Shown piece by piece: positions 1 to 9,857 of a stretch of DNA of 64,000 nucleotides. The stretch's first letter is position 1. Each line of letters starts with the position of its first letter. The notes under the pieces were generated by a model. The model saw only the letters and a program-made list of their open reading frames with translations, was not told where the DNA came from and ran no database searches. The stretch is from an uncultured Lachnospiraceae bacterium (GTDB lineage: Bacteria > Bacillota > Clostridia > Lachnospirales > Lachnospiraceae), in contig CAJLRL010000002.1 in the NCBI GenBank assembly GCA_905209075.1, forward strand, positions 2,869 to 66,868, given 5' to 3'. A program made the position numbers and the translations under genes.

Positions 1-1
1 C

Positions 2-151
2 TTTTCGGGAGAGTGTGAAAAGAGACAGCTGGCCATCGCACTCAGAGAGGAACTTCCGGGATTTATGGTTCCAAGAAAAATCAAAAAACTTGAACAGCTC
101 CCGAAACTCCCTAATGGCAAATATGATATGAAAAAACTGGAGGAAATGTAA
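2..151 (+). CDS. AMP-dependent amino-acid ligase, DltA-like (C-terminal fragment; gene starts upstream of the window)
   Basis: Frame-2 translation ...PRKIKKLEQLPKLPNGKYDMKKLEEM* matches the C-terminal A10 motif region (PxxxNGKxD) of adenylation/AMP-binding enzymes. The stop at 149-151 lies 1 nt before the carrier-protein gene. Confidence 0.6.
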   Translation, partial: FSGECEKRQLAIALREELPGFMVPRKIKKLEQLPKLPNGKYDMKKLEEM

Positions 152-152
152 A

Positions 153-383
153 ATGAGAGACACGATAATGGAAATTTTAGAGGATTTAAGACCTGATGTT
201 GACTTTGAAAAAGAGACAAAGCTTATTGATGACAAAATCTTAGAGTCATTTGATATAGTATCACTTGTATCAGAGCTTTCAGATGAATTTGATATCACAA
301 TAAGACCAAAGGACCTTGTGCCTGAGAACTTCAACTCTGTAGATGCTATAGAGGCTCTTGTAAGTAAGCTTGTGGAGGAATAA
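153..383 (+). CDS. D-alanyl-carrier-protein-like small acyl/peptidyl carrier protein (DltC-like)
   Basis: 76 aa, acidic. Central ESFDIVSLVSEL resembles the DltC/ACP phosphopantetheine-Ser motif (DSxxxxxL). It sits immediately after an adenylating enzyme, as in dlt operons. Confidence 0.65.
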   Translation: MRDTIMEILEDLRPDVDFEKETKLIDDKILESFDIVSLVSELSDEFDITIRPKDLVPENFNSVDAIEALVSKLVEE

Positions 384-388
384 AATAT

Positions 389-1534
389 ATGAACTCAACA
401 CCATATTATGTATTTGATACGGATGAGTTCGCTAAAAGAGCAGCCATGATCAAGGCTGCTCTTGGTAATATTCATCTGTGTTTTTCTATTAAAGCAAATC
501 CGTTTTTACTCCATCGTATACCGGAAGGACTTGACCGTGTTGAAGTATGCAGCCCGGGAGAACTTGAGATATGTATCGCACTTGGCATTGATCCGTCTTC
601 CATCATATATTCAGGAGTTATGAAAGAAGAAACTGACATCACAAGGGCAATCACATATGGTGCAGGGATTCTTACATGTGAGAGTATACGTCATGCCCAG
701 CTTGAGAGCAAGGTGGCTCTTTCCCAGGGGAAAAAGGTAGATGTGATACTCAGGCTCAGCAGTGGAAACCAGTTTGGAATGTCGCTTACGGATATTGAGT
801 ATATAATTTCAAACCCGGACGAATTCAAAGGAATTTCAGTGATAGGGCTTCATTATTATTCCGGAACACAGAAATCGCTTCGAAAGATAAAAAAAGATCT
901 TGATAAAATAGAATCTGCGATCAGCACATTGGATGAAAAATATGGATTTAAGCCGGAGCTTATAGAATACGGCCCGGGACTTTGTGTGTATTACTTTGAG
1001 CCGGACTGGGAGGAAAAGGAGAAGGCTGCACTGGATGAAGCTGCTACAGTTTTAAAGGAGTTTGCAGAAAAATATCCTCTCGGAATAGAGATGGGACGTT
1101 TCCTTGCTGCGTCATGCGGAAAATATTTTACAACAGTTAAAGATATTAAGACACAGGGTGACGCAAATTATGTTATACTTGACGGAGGAATACATCATCT
1201 TAATTATTTCGGACAGAGGATGGCAATGGAAGTTCCACCGATCCGTTATGCAACAGAAGGAAAAAAAGCGCCGGATGAGGAAGTGGACTACACACTTTTT
1301 GGAAGTCTGTGTACAGTCGCAGATGTTTTAGTGCGTGAGGTAAGGCTGCCGCATCTTGATATAGATGATGTGCTTGAATTCGGACATTGTGGTGCATATT
1401 CCATGACGGAGGCGCCGGCTCTTTTCCTGTCGAGATTTTTACCTGCGATCTATGCGTACTCATCCGATAAGGGATATGAATTACTAAGAGACCACATACC
1501 GGCTTCTGATATAAATAAACCAGTTACGGAGTAA
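389..1534 (+). CDS. Fold-type III PLP-dependent decarboxylase (Orn/DAP/Arg decarboxylase family)
   Basis: 381 aa. N-terminal FSIKANPF (PLP-lysine motif, cf. YAVKAN in DapDC/ODC). ILDGGIHH resembles the DxGGG substrate-binding motif. C-terminal CGAYS region typical of DapDC-like enzymes. Confidence 0.6.
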   Translation: MNSTPYYVFDTDEFAKRAAMIKAALGNIHLCFSIKANPFLLHRIPEGLDRVEVCSPGELEICIALGIDPSSIIYSGVMKEETDITRAITYGAGILTCESIRHAQLESKVALSQGKKVDVILRLSSGNQFGMSLTDIEYIISNPDEFKGISVIGLHYYSGTQKSLRKIKKDLDKIESAISTLDEKYGFKPELIEYGPGLCVYYFEPDWEEKEKAALDEAATVLKEFAEKYPLGIEMGRFLAASCGKYFTTVKDIKTQGDANYVILDGGIHHLNYFGQRMAMEVPPIRYATEGKKAPDEEVDYTLFGSLCTVADVLVREVRLPHLDIDDVLEFGHCGAYSMTEAPALFLSRFLPAIYAYSSDKGYELLRDHIPASDINKPVTE

Positions 1535-1537
1535 TTT

Positions 1538-3088
1538 ATGGAACTTATTTCAGCAGCATTTGCTGCATTTACAGTTATTTTTTTAATTGCATATTATGTA
1601 TGTCCAAAACGTTTCCGCTGGATGGTGCTTCTTTTAGCAAGTTATTGCTACTATATCATTATCTGCGGAAAGTATGTGGCATTCATTCTTTTTACGACTG
1701 CATCAACTTACTTTGGTGCAGTTTTTATTGACATACTTTTAGATACACAAAAGAAAACGATAAAGGAAAATGCAAAAAGCTGGAGCAGGGAGCAGAGGAA
1801 AGCATACAAAGAAACCATAAGAAAAAAACGTATAGCAATAATGCTTCTTGTCCTTATATTAAATTTCGGACTGCTTGGATTTTTAAAATATATTCCATAT
1901 GCTTCCAGGCTTGGACTTCTGCTTCCGCTTGGAATTTCGTTTTATACATTCCAGTCTATGGGATATCTTATTGATGTTTATCAGGAAAAGGTAAAGGCAC
2001 AGACTAACTTTTTTAAATTAGCACTTTTTGTATCCTTTTTTCCACAGATAATACAGGGACCTATTGCGGTTTATGATGATCTGGCAGGGCAGCTTTACGA
2101 AGGACATGCATTTGATTATGATAAGCTTAAACGGGGTGCGCTTTTAGTATTATGGGGCGCCTTCAAGAAAATGGTCATAGCTGACCGTGCAGTGGTCGTC
2201 ATGAACTATATCCTTTCGGATGTGCACGGATTTTCGGGAAGCTATGTTTTGTTTGCGGCGGTCGTTTACGCACTTCAGCTTTATACGGATTTTTCCGGCG
2301 GCATAGATATAGTAAGAGGAATAGGAGAAATGTTCGGTATCACTATGGCGGAAAACTTCAGACAGCCATATTTTTCACGTTCTCTTACAGAGTACTGGCA
2401 CCGCTGGCACATAACACTTGGAAACTGGTGCAGGAATTATATCTTTTATCCTTTATCAATCTCAAAAAGATTTCTTGATATGGGTAAGTTTTTGAAAAAG
2501 CACAGTACAAAACATATTGCAAAAGTGCTACCGGGAAGCATAGCTTCAGTTATAACGTTTCTTGTAATCGGAATATGGCATGGGGCAAACATGAAATATG
2601 TGGCATTCGGACTCTGGAACGGAGTAGTCATCATGATCGCAGAACTTATAGCACCGGTTACGAACAGTATAAAAACAAAATTTTGTGGATATAAATTCAA
2701 AATACTGCCGGTACTGTGGACATTTATCCTTGTGCTTGTGGGATATTATTTCGATATTGCGGATGATCTGTCACAGGCTGTATATATGCTTGTAAAATCT
2801 GTTACTGATTTTCATATAAGTGATTTCTCATATGGAAACTTCATGGCAGCCCTTAAGCCGTGTGGCTACAGGACAGCTGATTTTATGCTGCTGGCTTTGC
2901 TTACAGTATTTTTGTTTATGGTTTCTCTGGTAAAGGAAAAGAAAAATCTTATGATAAGGGACTGGCTTATGGCAAGAAAGCTCCCGGTGCAGTGGATCAT
3001 AATAATGGCAGGAATTTTTTCAGTCATAATATTTGGATATTATGGACCAGGAATAAATCCGGCGGATTTTGTATACATGCAATTTTAG
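1538..3088 (+). CDS. MBOAT family membrane O-acyltransferase (DltB/AlgI-like)
   Basis: 516 aa polytopic membrane protein. The FYPLSISKR..., ...WHGAN and conserved His-containing (RWHITL) blocks are typical of DltB/AlgI MBOATs. Confidence 0.7.
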   Translation: MELISAAFAAFTVIFLIAYYVCPKRFRWMVLLLASYCYYIIICGKYVAFILFTTASTYFGAVFIDILLDTQKKTIKENAKSWSREQRKAYKETIRKKRIAIMLLVLILNFGLLGFLKYIPYASRLGLLLPLGISFYTFQSMGYLIDVYQEKVKAQTNFFKLALFVSFFPQIIQGPIAVYDDLAGQLYEGHAFDYDKLKRGALLVLWGAFKKMVIADRAVVVMNYILSDVHGFSGSYVLFAAVVYALQLYTDFSGGIDIVRGIGEMFGITMAENFRQPYFSRSLTEYWHRWHITLGNWCRNYIFYPLSISKRFLDMGKFLKKHSTKHIAKVLPGSIASVITFLVIGIWHGANMKYVAFGLWNGVVIMIAELIAPVTNSIKTKFCGYKFKILPVLWTFILVLVGYYFDIADDLSQAVYMLVKSVTDFHISDFSYGNFMAALKPCGYRTADFMLLALLTVFLFMVSLVKEKKNLMIRDWLMARKLPVQWIIIMAGIFSVIIFGYYGPGINPADFVYMQF

Positions 3089-3107
3089 GAAAATAGTGAG
3101 GACTTAA

Positions 3108-4205
3108 ATGAAAGGCAAAAAAAGAATCTGGTGGAGACCGCTAGTGTTTGCGGTACTTTTTTCAATTGTATTTTGCGTGGTATCACAGATGTTTATTACA
3201 GCTGACCGTTCAGACATTTCCAATATAAGAGGGTTTTATTATGAACCCAAAAATTCACTGGATGTTGTCACGATGGGACCAAGCGAAATGTATACGGGAT
3301 ATGCGCCGACACTTGCATGGCATGAATTTGGCTATACATCATATAATTTTGGAGCGGGAGCGATACCCTGTAACCTATACAAGTCAATGCTAAAAGAGGT
3401 GCTAAAGCGTCAGAATCCAAAGCTTATCGTAGTAAACATAAGTGATTATTATGATGGCGAGTGGAACTATGATGACGAAGTATATATGCGTAAATGGATA
3501 GATAATATTCCGTGGTCGCAGAACAAAATTGATACGATAAAAGATGTAATAGCAAAAAACGACAGGGTGGGATATTTTTACAGCCTGTGGAAATACCATG
3601 ATAACTGGGCGAATCCGCTTGATGTATTTAATGCTCTTAAAGTTAAAATATACCTTGCAGAAAATGGTGGGACAAACAATAAAGGATTTCTGACAAACAC
3701 TACGATAACAGGAGGCCAGGAAAATCTTGCGGCACTTGGAAAACGCGACTCCTTAAATATGTCTTTTTCAAAAAAGACAGAAGGGTATCTGAGGGATTTT
3801 CTTGATTTCTGCAAAGAAAGCAATATAGAAAATATGCTTTTTATTGCAATGCCTCATCAGATGAAAAGTATCAATGCGGACGTGATAGACCAGATCGGCG
3901 GCATTGTCGGTGAATATGGATATGATTTTATGGATCTGGATAAAAGCTATGCACAGATAGGCATAGATGATGCGACAGATTTTTCAGATGGTGAGCATAT
4001 GAACGTAAACGGAATGGAAAAGTTTACAACATATCTTGGACAGTATATTGTGGATAACTATGATGTTGCCAGATCAGACAGTGGATATACTGATGATATT
4101 AAAGCAGACTGGGATGCATGCTATGAAAAAACTATGGGGATTATAGACAGATGCAAGGAGGATATGAAGAGTGGAATCCATAAAGAGTACTGGGAAGGCG
4201 ATTGA
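3108..4205 (+). CDS. DltD-like / SGNH-type membrane-anchored transfer protein
   Basis: 365 aa. N-terminal TM helix, then an extracytoplasmic domain with a GPSE(M) motif resembling the DltD GSSE catalytic serine block. Positioned after the MBOAT gene as in dltABCD. Confidence 0.45.
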   Translation: MKGKKRIWWRPLVFAVLFSIVFCVVSQMFITADRSDISNIRGFYYEPKNSLDVVTMGPSEMYTGYAPTLAWHEFGYTSYNFGAGAIPCNLYKSMLKEVLKRQNPKLIVVNISDYYDGEWNYDDEVYMRKWIDNIPWSQNKIDTIKDVIAKNDRVGYFYSLWKYHDNWANPLDVFNALKVKIYLAENGGTNNKGFLTNTTITGGQENLAALGKRDSLNMSFSKKTEGYLRDFLDFCKESNIENMLFIAMPHQMKSINADVIDQIGGIVGEYGYDFMDLDKSYAQIGIDDATDFSDGEHMNVNGMEKFTTYLGQYIVDNYDVARSDSGYTDDIKADWDACYEKTMGIIDRCKEDMKSGIHKEYWEGD

Positions 4206-5139
4206 TATATCGGTCGTTGTGCCATGCTATAATGAGCAGGGAGCTTTGCCGTTTTATTATGATAAAATGAAAGAGGTTATGGCTTTGCTGCCGGAGCTTT
4301 CGTTTGAGATAATAATTGTGGATGATGGTTCGACAGATGGAACATTGGAGACCGTAAAGCAGCTTGCAAAGAGTGATGACCGCATCAGGTATATATCATT
4401 TTCCAGAAACTTCGGAAAAGAGGCGGCCATGTATGCCGGACTTAAGAATGCATCAGGAAAGTATACTGCCATAATGGATGCTGATCTTCAGGATCCGCCG
4501 GAAATGCTTCCCAAAATGTACCGGGTCATAACAGAAGAAGGATATGACGCAGTCGGAACCAGACGTGTTACAAGAAAAGGTGAACCGCCGGTCAGATCTT
4601 TTTTTGCAAGAAAATTTTATAAGATAATGAGCCGTATTTCAAAAGCAAATATGGTAGATGGGGCAAGGGATTACAGACTTATGAACCGCAAATATGTGGA
4701 CGCTCTTCTAAGCCTGGGTGAATATAACCGGTTTTCAAAAGGACTTTTTGGATGGGTAGGATTCAAAGTAAAGTGGCTTGAATTTGAGAATGTAAACCGG
4801 ATCGCAGGAGAGACAAAATGGTCATTTGGACAATTATTTTTGTACAGTCTTGATGGGATAGTCGCATTTTCCAATGTACCGCTTTATATGGCGTCAATTG
4901 CAGGAATAGGAAGCTTTATAGCGGCAATAGCAGCGATGATATTTATAATCGTGCGTAGGCTTGTTTTTGGAGATCCGGTCGCAGGTTGGGCTTCGACTGT
5001 TGTGATAATACTGTTTATCGGTGGTATACAGCTTCTTAGTATAGGAATCCTTGGACTGTATCTGTCAAAGCTTTATCTTGAAGCAAAAAACCGCCCTATA
5101 TATTTATTAGATGAAACAAATATAAAAGATGCCAGGTAG
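4171..5139 (+). CDS. GT2 polyprenyl-phosphate glycosyltransferase (GtrB/CsbB-like)
   Basis: ISVVVPCYNE...IIVDDGSTDGT...DADLQDPP motifs (GT-A DxD). Two C-terminal TM helices as in GtrB/DPM1-like bactoprenol glucosyltransferases. Overlaps the upstream gene by 35 nt. Confidence 0.75.
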   Translation: MESIKSTGKAIDISVVVPCYNEQGALPFYYDKMKEVMALLPELSFEIIIVDDGSTDGTLETVKQLAKSDDRIRYISFSRNFGKEAAMYAGLKNASGKYTAIMDADLQDPPEMLPKMYRVITEEGYDAVGTRRVTRKGEPPVRSFFARKFYKIMSRISKANMVDGARDYRLMNRKYVDALLSLGEYNRFSKGLFGWVGFKVKWLEFENVNRIAGETKWSFGQLFLYSLDGIVAFSNVPLYMASIAGIGSFIAAIAAMIFIIVRRLVFGDPVAGWASTVVIILFIGGIQLLSIGILGLYLSKLYLEAKNRPIYLLDETNIKDAR

Positions 5140-5154
5140 AGGCATCTTTTTTTT
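5128..5154. terminator. Bidirectional rho-independent terminator between convergent genes
   Basis: GATGCC-aggtaga-GGCATC hairpin followed by T8 on the + strand. An A-run lies 5' of the stem, giving a weaker terminator on the - strand. Confidence 0.6.
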
Positions 5155-5162
5155 GAGGCAGA

Positions 5163-6635
5163 TCAATTAATATGGAGCTTTGATTTTACAGTGTTTATTA
5201 TCTCATCAAGCATGGAATCCTTAAGGAGAAAAAGTAAGATAAAATAAAGTGCGCCGCCGGCGGTGATCATTATAAGAGTGCTTATTATGCATGGTTTAAG
5301 TATATAGTTTAAACCGATAAGAGCGATAAGCATTACAATAGAGGCGGCAAGGTATTTGGTGGAAAGAGAAAAAACAGTTTTCGCACTGAGTTCCTTACGC
5401 ACATACCAGAATTGTACGATCGTAATTATTAGTTCTGATATGACAGAGGCTATTGCGGCACCATACGAATATAAAAATGGGATCATTATCATGTTAAGCA
5501 CAAAGTTTGCCACAGCGCCGATGCATACCGAACGGGTGAGCAGATTTTCACGTCTGGTCGTTATAAGATACTGGATCCCTATGACATTGCTAAGTCCTAT
5601 TACAGGGATCAGAAGAGCCAGTATTATAAGCAGATTTGGAACCTTATCATATCCAGAGCCGTAGAACCATGGTGAAAAATTATGTGCGGTTCCCATAAGT
5701 CCAAAGCAAAGGGGAAGACCCATAAACCATACAAAACGGAAGCTTTTGTATAGCAGATCTTTTACCTCTTTTGTCCTGTTTTCACTGAAATATTTACCTA
5801 TACGGGGAACCATTACAGCGCCAAGGGCGGTGACTATAGTAAGGACCATTTTTGAAATTTTGCTTGCCTGCTCGTAATAACCGTTTTCAATCGTAGTGTG
5901 AGTGATCTGGTTTAGCATGGTTTTGTCCATTGCGGTGTATATTGTTGTTGCAACAGTCGGTATAAACAGTGCTATTGTCGCTCTAAGGTGTGAAAACGGA
6001 TGCAGTTTTTTAAAATCAGGCCGGTCAACGTATTTCGGAACGTAAAACCATATGGAAAGATTGGATAAAAGCTCCATTATGCACATTCCCGCAACATATA
6101 TTACCAGATCATCTTTATTGTGGATGGCGATAAAAATAAATGCTATGTTTATTATTTTAAATATGACATTTCGGCCGGCTACCTTACCGAATTCTTCCAT
6201 TCCCTGTAAGAGCCATGCTATATCAGCTGCAACGGACACAAGACACATCGCCTGAAGAAGGAGCAGTGTTGTATGCTCATGGTATATAAAAATTGTAAAT
6301 ATCAGATATGCGGCGAGGCATACTGCAACACTTATTATGCTCAGCAGCTCGATCTCCCAGAAAGTCTGTGTGCGTTTTTTTCTGTCACTCTGCAGATATG
6401 AAATCTCCCGGTTGCCATAGTTTAATGTACCGAGTGCGGCAACCATTATAAAATAAGCAACGATGGATGAGGTATAGCTGTAAAGTCCGATACCATCAAC
6501 TTTCAAAACCCTTGAAAGATAGGGGGTTGTTATAAGCGGTGTTATCAGTGTAAGGATCTGATAACTTACATTATAGATATAATTTAGTTTTAAGCTCTTT
6601 GAATTATTGGTTATTTTTCCACTTTTCGTTTTCAT
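5163..6635 (-). CDS. Wzx-like oligosaccharide flippase / polysaccharide biosynthesis protein (MOP superfamily)
   Basis: 490 aa, about 12-14 TM helices. The N-terminal ...NVSYQILTLITPLITTPYLSRVLKVDGIG motif is typical of PST/Wzx flippases. Confidence 0.7.
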   Translation of the reverse strand: MKTKSGKITNNSKSLKLNYIYNVSYQILTLITPLITTPYLSRVLKVDGIGLYSYTSSIVAYFIMVAALGTLNYGNREISYLQSDRKKRTQTFWEIELLSIISVAVCLAAYLIFTIFIYHEHTTLLLLQAMCLVSVAADIAWLLQGMEEFGKVAGRNVIFKIINIAFIFIAIHNKDDLVIYVAGMCIMELLSNLSIWFYVPKYVDRPDFKKLHPFSHLRATIALFIPTVATTIYTAMDKTMLNQITHTTIENGYYEQASKISKMVLTIVTALGAVMVPRIGKYFSENRTKEVKDLLYKSFRFVWFMGLPLCFGLMGTAHNFSPWFYGSGYDKVPNLLIILALLIPVIGLSNVIGIQYLITTRRENLLTRSVCIGAVANFVLNMIMIPFLYSYGAAIASVISELIITIVQFWYVRKELSAKTVFSLSTKYLAASIVMLIALIGLNYILKPCIISTLIMITAGGALYFILLFLLKDSMLDEIINTVKSKLHIN

Positions 6636-6717
6636 GATGATATGATAACATATATTGACTTATTTTTGCTAGAAAGTTATTATATAAAAATCGTTAACTA
6701 CAAAACGGATAAAAGAT

Positions 6718-7131
6718 ATGGAAAAATTAATGATAAAAAAGAAAGAAGATGTAAAACAATTAATTTTGTATACGATATTTGGCAACATGACGTTTGTGAT
6801 AAGTATAGTCTCATATGCATTTTTGGATATATATATGGGAATGAATGAGCTTATCGCAAATGCCATCGCATGGGTTTTTGCCGTGCTTTTTTCGTATGCT
6901 ACAAATAAAAAATGGGTATTTAAAGCTCCGACACCGACTAAAACAGCATTATTAATGCAGCTTGTAGCCTTTTTTGGAGGAAGGTTTTTTACGCTGCTGA
7001 TAGAGGAAGGAATCATATTAGTATTCATTACTATTCTGGGATTCCCAAGCATGTGGGTAAAGATCACAGCACAGATCGTTGTCGTAGTACTAAACTATGT
7101 CATAAGCAAACTGCTGGTGTTTAAGCAGTAA
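6718..7131 (+). CDS. GtrA family membrane protein (Und-P-sugar flippase-like)
   Basis: 137 aa with 4 predicted TM helices. The C-terminal NYVISKLLVF motif is typical of GtrA family. Located next to the GtrB-like GT2. Confidence 0.65.
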   Translation: MEKLMIKKKEDVKQLILYTIFGNMTFVISIVSYAFLDIYMGMNELIANAIAWVFAVLFSYATNKKWVFKAPTPTKTALLMQLVAFFGGRFFTLLIEEGIILVFITILGFPSMWVKITAQIVVVVLNYVISKLLVFKQ

Positions 7132-7232
7132 TAACAAAAATATAATTTTGCAGGCAAAAATAATAATATCTTAAAGAAATGTTTGAATAAAGGTGTTATA
7201 ATAAATAAAAGTATGCACTTAAGGAGATAATA

Positions 7233-7838
7233 ATGGAAATAACTGTGATTGGTATAGCAGGGGGTACAGGCTCCGGAAAATCCACATTTACAAACAGATT
7301 GAAAGAACAGTTTGGTGATAAGATCGCTGTTATATATTATGATAATTATTACAGGGCACAGGATGATGTCCCTTTTGAAGAACGTAAAAAAGTAAATTAT
7401 GATTCACCTGATTCGCTCGAGACAGATCTTATGATATCACATCTTAGGGCGTTGAAAGAAGGAAAGACCATCGAATGCCCGACATATGATTATACTGTCC
7501 ACAACAGATCAAAGGAGACTGTTGTTATTGAGCCTAGAAAGGTCATTATCGTGGAGGGAATCCTTGCCCTTGAAAACGAAGAACTGCGCAATCTTATAGA
7601 TATAAAAGTATTTGTCGAGGCTGATGCTGACGAGCGTATACTGCGCCGTGTGGTGCGTGATGTAAAGGAGCGTGGGCGTGATGTGGAGGATATTGCAAGA
7701 CAGTATCTTACAACAGTAAAGCCGATGCATTATGTTTATGTCGAGCCGACAAAATATCTGGCTGATCTTGTGATAAACAGTGGAATGAATGATGTGGCAT
7801 TCGAACTTATGAAGACGAAGATAGAGCAGATATTATAG
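7233..7838 (+). CDS. udk: Uridine kinase
   Basis: IGIAGGTGSGKST P-loop at the N-terminus, YDxYY block, about 200 aa, full-length similarity pattern of Udk. Confidence 0.8.
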   Translation: MEITVIGIAGGTGSGKSTFTNRLKEQFGDKIAVIYYDNYYRAQDDVPFEERKKVNYDSPDSLETDLMISHLRALKEGKTIECPTYDYTVHNRSKETVVIEPRKVIIVEGILALENEELRNLIDIKVFVEADADERILRRVVRDVKERGRDVEDIARQYLTTVKPMHYVYVEPTKYLADLVINSGMNDVAFELMKTKIEQIL

Positions 7839-7839
7839 T

Positions 7840-9843
7840 ATGCGGGGTATTTATATGAGAGATGCTAAAAATAATGACTTAAAAAATATAAATAATAGAT
7901 CAAAAAATAATAATTCAAAAAACAAAAAAACAGGTAACGATTTCGATGAGAGAAAGGCTGGACCTGAGCAGCCTGACAGTTATATGGGAAATGACAGACA
8001 GTGGATCCTTAGGGCACTTGTACTTGCGTTTGTCGACATATGTTCCATAGCTATATCGTTTTTCTTTGCCCTGATGATAAGATTTGAGTTTGTATACAGC
8101 CACATTCCCGAATTATATCTGGATGGATATCTGAAGATAGTACCTATATATATAGTGATATCACTCGTTGTGTTTTATTTTTGCAGGCTGTACCACAGCA
8201 TATGGCGTTTTGCAAGCATAAATGAGCTGATCCATATTGTGATAGCTTATATGATAATGATAATCGTTGCGGTGATTATCCACTGTGCATATCCTATCAC
8301 TATGCCATATGCATTCTGGCTTATCGGTCTTATGTTAAACTTTGCATGTACTACAGCAGAAAGGTTTGCCTACAGGCTTGTCCGTACAGGACAAAAAATG
8401 CTTGAACAGAAAGGTTCAGCAGATGGCGATGACAGAGTTATGATAATTGGTGCCGGAAATGCAGGAAGAATGCTGATACGTGAGCTTATCATGAGTTCGC
8501 ACCTTCATACGAAGGCATGCTGTATCATAGATGATAATCCGGCAAAGATCGGACGATTTATAGATGGTGTTCCGATTGTCGGAAATAGAAATGATATTCC
8601 TGAAATGGTGGAAAAATACGACATATCAAAGATCATATATGCTGTTCCATCAACAACCGGAAAGGATAGAAAAGAAATACTTAATATATGCAAGGATACA
8701 GACTGTGATGTTTCTGTTGTACCCGGAATCTATCAGATGGTTGACGGAAGGGTATCAGTCTCAAGCCTTAGGCCTGTAAGTATAGAGGATCTTTTAGGAC
8801 GTGATCAGGTAGTTGTAGATAATGATGGAATCCATTCATTTTTGCAGGGTAAGATTGTTATGGTAACTGGTGGAGGCGGTTCTATAGGAAGTGAGCTCTG
8901 CCGCCAGATAGCAAGAGAAAATCCTAAACTGCTTATAATATTTGATATCTATGAGAATAATGCTTATGACATCCAGCAGGAGTTAAAGCGTAAATATCCA
9001 TATGTACATGTGGAAACACTTATAGGTTCGGTCAGAAATACAAACCGTCTGCACTATATTTTCCAGACATATCATCCTGAGATCATATACCATGCAGCTG
9101 CACATAAGCATGTTCCGCTTATGGAGGAAAGTCCTAATGAGGCGATCAAAAACAACGTACTCGGTACTTTAAAGCTATCAAGGATGGCTGCACAGTATAA
9201 TGTTAAAAAATTCGTGCTCATCTCTACAGATAAGGCTGTTAATCCTACAAATATAATGGGAGCATCAAAGAGACTCTGTGAGATGATAATACAGATGATG
9301 AACCGTCAGACCAACACGGATTTTGTAGCGGTAAGATTTGGAAATGTACTTGGAAGCAATGGAAGTGTCATCCCTCTTTTCAAGAAACAGATTGAGGACG
9401 GAGGTCCTGTCACTGTGACGGACAAGCGCATCATAAGGTATTTTATGACTATCCCGGAGGCTGTAGCACTTGTGCTTCAGGCAGGATTATATGCAAAAGG
9501 CGGAGAGATCTTTGTACTTGATATGGGAGAGCCTGTGAAAATTGATGATATGGCGAGAAACCTTATAAGGTTGTCAGGACTTGAACCTGATGTGGACATA
9601 CAGATCGTGTACACAGGACTGCGTCCTGGTGAAAAGCTGTATGAGGAGATGCTCATGAGTGAGGAGGGACTTAAGGAAACTCCAAACAAGCTCATACATG
9701 TCGGAGAGCCGATAGAGATGAATGATGAACTTTTTGAGAAACAGCTTGTCGAACTCGAAAAGGCATGTACGTCAGAGAGTAAAGATATAAAGAAGATCGT
9801 TGCGTCTGTAGTTAAGACATATAAACCTGATCTAGACGATTAA
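7840..9843 (+). CDS. Membrane-anchored NDP-sugar 4,6-dehydratase (CapD/PglF/WbpM family)
   Basis: 667 aa. Four N-terminal TM helices, then two Rossmann domains (GAGNAG... and VTGGGGSIGSEL). YHAAAHKHVP block typical of CapD-like polysaccharide biosynthesis proteins. Confidence 0.8.
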   Translation: MRGIYMRDAKNNDLKNINNRSKNNNSKNKKTGNDFDERKAGPEQPDSYMGNDRQWILRALVLAFVDICSIAISFFFALMIRFEFVYSHIPELYLDGYLKIVPIYIVISLVVFYFCRLYHSIWRFASINELIHIVIAYMIMIIVAVIIHCAYPITMPYAFWLIGLMLNFACTTAERFAYRLVRTGQKMLEQKGSADGDDRVMIIGAGNAGRMLIRELIMSSHLHTKACCIIDDNPAKIGRFIDGVPIVGNRNDIPEMVEKYDISKIIYAVPSTTGKDRKEILNICKDTDCDVSVVPGIYQMVDGRVSVSSLRPVSIEDLLGRDQVVVDNDGIHSFLQGKIVMVTGGGGSIGSELCRQIARENPKLLIIFDIYENNAYDIQQELKRKYPYVHVETLIGSVRNTNRLHYIFQTYHPEIIYHAAAHKHVPLMEESPNEAIKNNVLGTLKLSRMAAQYNVKKFVLISTDKAVNPTNIMGASKRLCEMIIQMMNRQTNTDFVAVRFGNVLGSNGSVIPLFKKQIEDGGPVTVTDKRIIRYFMTIPEAVALVLQAGLYAKGGEIFVLDMGEPVKIDDMARNLIRLSGLEPDVDIQIVYTGLRPGEKLYEEMLMSEEGLKETPNKLIHVGEPIEMNDELFEKQLVELEKACTSESKDIKKIVASVVKTYKPDLDD

Positions 9844-9857
9844 CCGGATTACGGGGA

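Noticed and set aside
472-654. Short ORFs embedded in or antisense to longer well-supported genes. Other examples: 1104..1331, 1200..1463, 2446..2700, 18020..18532, 26279..27460, 40119..40802, 46230..47018, 63140..63661.
   Set aside because: All are fully contained within longer ORFs with clear protein-family signatures. They have no RBS context and show low-complexity or odd composition, so they are spurious six-frame products.
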